DNA from: an uncultured Gemmatimonas sp.
Lineage (GTDB): Bacteria; Gemmatimonadota; Gemmatimonadetes; Gemmatimonadales; Gemmatimonadaceae
DNA: 64,000 nt
Reading direction: 5' to 3'
Assembly: GCA_964556915.1 (NCBI GenBank)
Contig: CAZKYG010000100.1
Coordinates: forward strand, 22,566-86,565
Shown here in pieces: positions 63,574 through 64,000 of the stretch; position 1 is the stretch's first letter, and each line of letters begins with the position of its first letter. The position numbers and the translations under genes are program-made. Below the pieces are notes generated by a model. That model did not search any database, was not told the origin of the DNA, and was given only the letters and a program-made list of their open reading frames with translations.

Positions 63574-64000
63574 TCACCGCGTCCGATAGCGAGCGGCGAC
63601 GTAGTCGTTCAGGATGCCGAGGAAGTCCGGGACGATCGTGTCGCCCTTCAACGTGACCCGAAGCTCCCCGTCCACGTACACAGGCGCCTTGGGCTCCTCA
63701 AACGTTCCGGGTAGCGAAATCCCGATGTCGGCGTGCTTGCTTTCCCCAGGGCCGTTGACCACGCACCCCATGACAGCGACGCGCATCTCCTCGACCCCGG
63801 GGTGGTGCGCGCGCCACACCGGCATCTGTTCGCGCAGGTACTCCTGGATGTCCGCGGCCATCTTCTGAAAGAACGTGCTTGTCGTCCGGCCGCAGCCGGG
63901 ACACGCGCTGACCTGGGGGGCGAAGCTCCGGAGACCCAGTGACTGCAGGACCTGCTGCGCCACGTACACTTCTTCGGTTCGATCGCCACCGGGACGGGGT
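63574..64000 (-). CDS. ispG: 4-hydroxy-3-methylbut-2-en-1-yl diphosphate synthase (partial, 5' end beyond the window)
   Basis: C-terminal [4Fe-4S] domain: ..[11 protein letters not shown].., ..[21 protein letters not shown]... The frame stays open to position 64000 (..[16 protein letters not shown]..). Confidence 0.9.
   Translation of the reverse strand, partial: PRPGGDRTEEVYVAQQVLQSLGLRSFAPQVSACPGCGRTTSTFFQKMAADIQEYLREQMPVWRAHHPGVEEMRVAVMGCVVNGPGESKHADIGISLPGTFEEPKAPVYVDGELRVTLKGDTIVPDFLGILNDYVAARYRTR

Overview
High-GC (~65-70%) bacterial chromosomal window centred on the replication-origin gene neighbourhood. The left arm, on the minus strand, carries mnmE-yidC-yidD-rnpA-rpmH. It is followed by dnaA-dnaN on the plus strand. 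19-24 kb further right, on the minus strand, lies an mnmG / GT-C membrane protein / parA-parB / bactofilin cluster with a perfect parS palindrome. Most other genes are tightly packed housekeeping genes: tkt, pheA, queF, ddl, cystathionine beta-synthase, mutS, holA, upp, pyrE, polA, murB, ispG. There is also one tRNA-Phe and a type-A RNase P RNA. No rRNA, CRISPR array, IS element, integrase or prophage is visible. Gene packing is extreme, with many ATGA/GTGA/TGATG start-stop overlaps, and five convergent gene pairs share a CTAG stop-stop overlap. I see no clear-cut novel multi-gene system. The most unusual items are: (1) an AT-hook protein facing a ~37-40% GC tract rich in AGATG motifs; (2) a QueE homolog with no radical-SAM cysteines near a QueF that carries a loop insertion; (3) an HExxH peptidase-like gene coupled to a second Ddl-like ATP-grasp; (4) an rnpA whose conserved N-terminus lies upstream of any canonical start codon; (5) rnpB hidden inside a long ORF; (6) Nif3 embedded in a BMP-type ABC transporter operon; (7) a parS-parAB-coiled-coil-bactofilin module in which a GT-C protein sits where rsmG usually is. 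Many long ORFs in the track are antisense shadows typical of high-GC DNA, and many true genes start well inside the listed ORFs. All homology calls rest on recognising motifs by eye, not on database searches. The protein repertoire is compatible with Gemmatimonadota or a similar phylum, but the taxon cannot be determined from this window.
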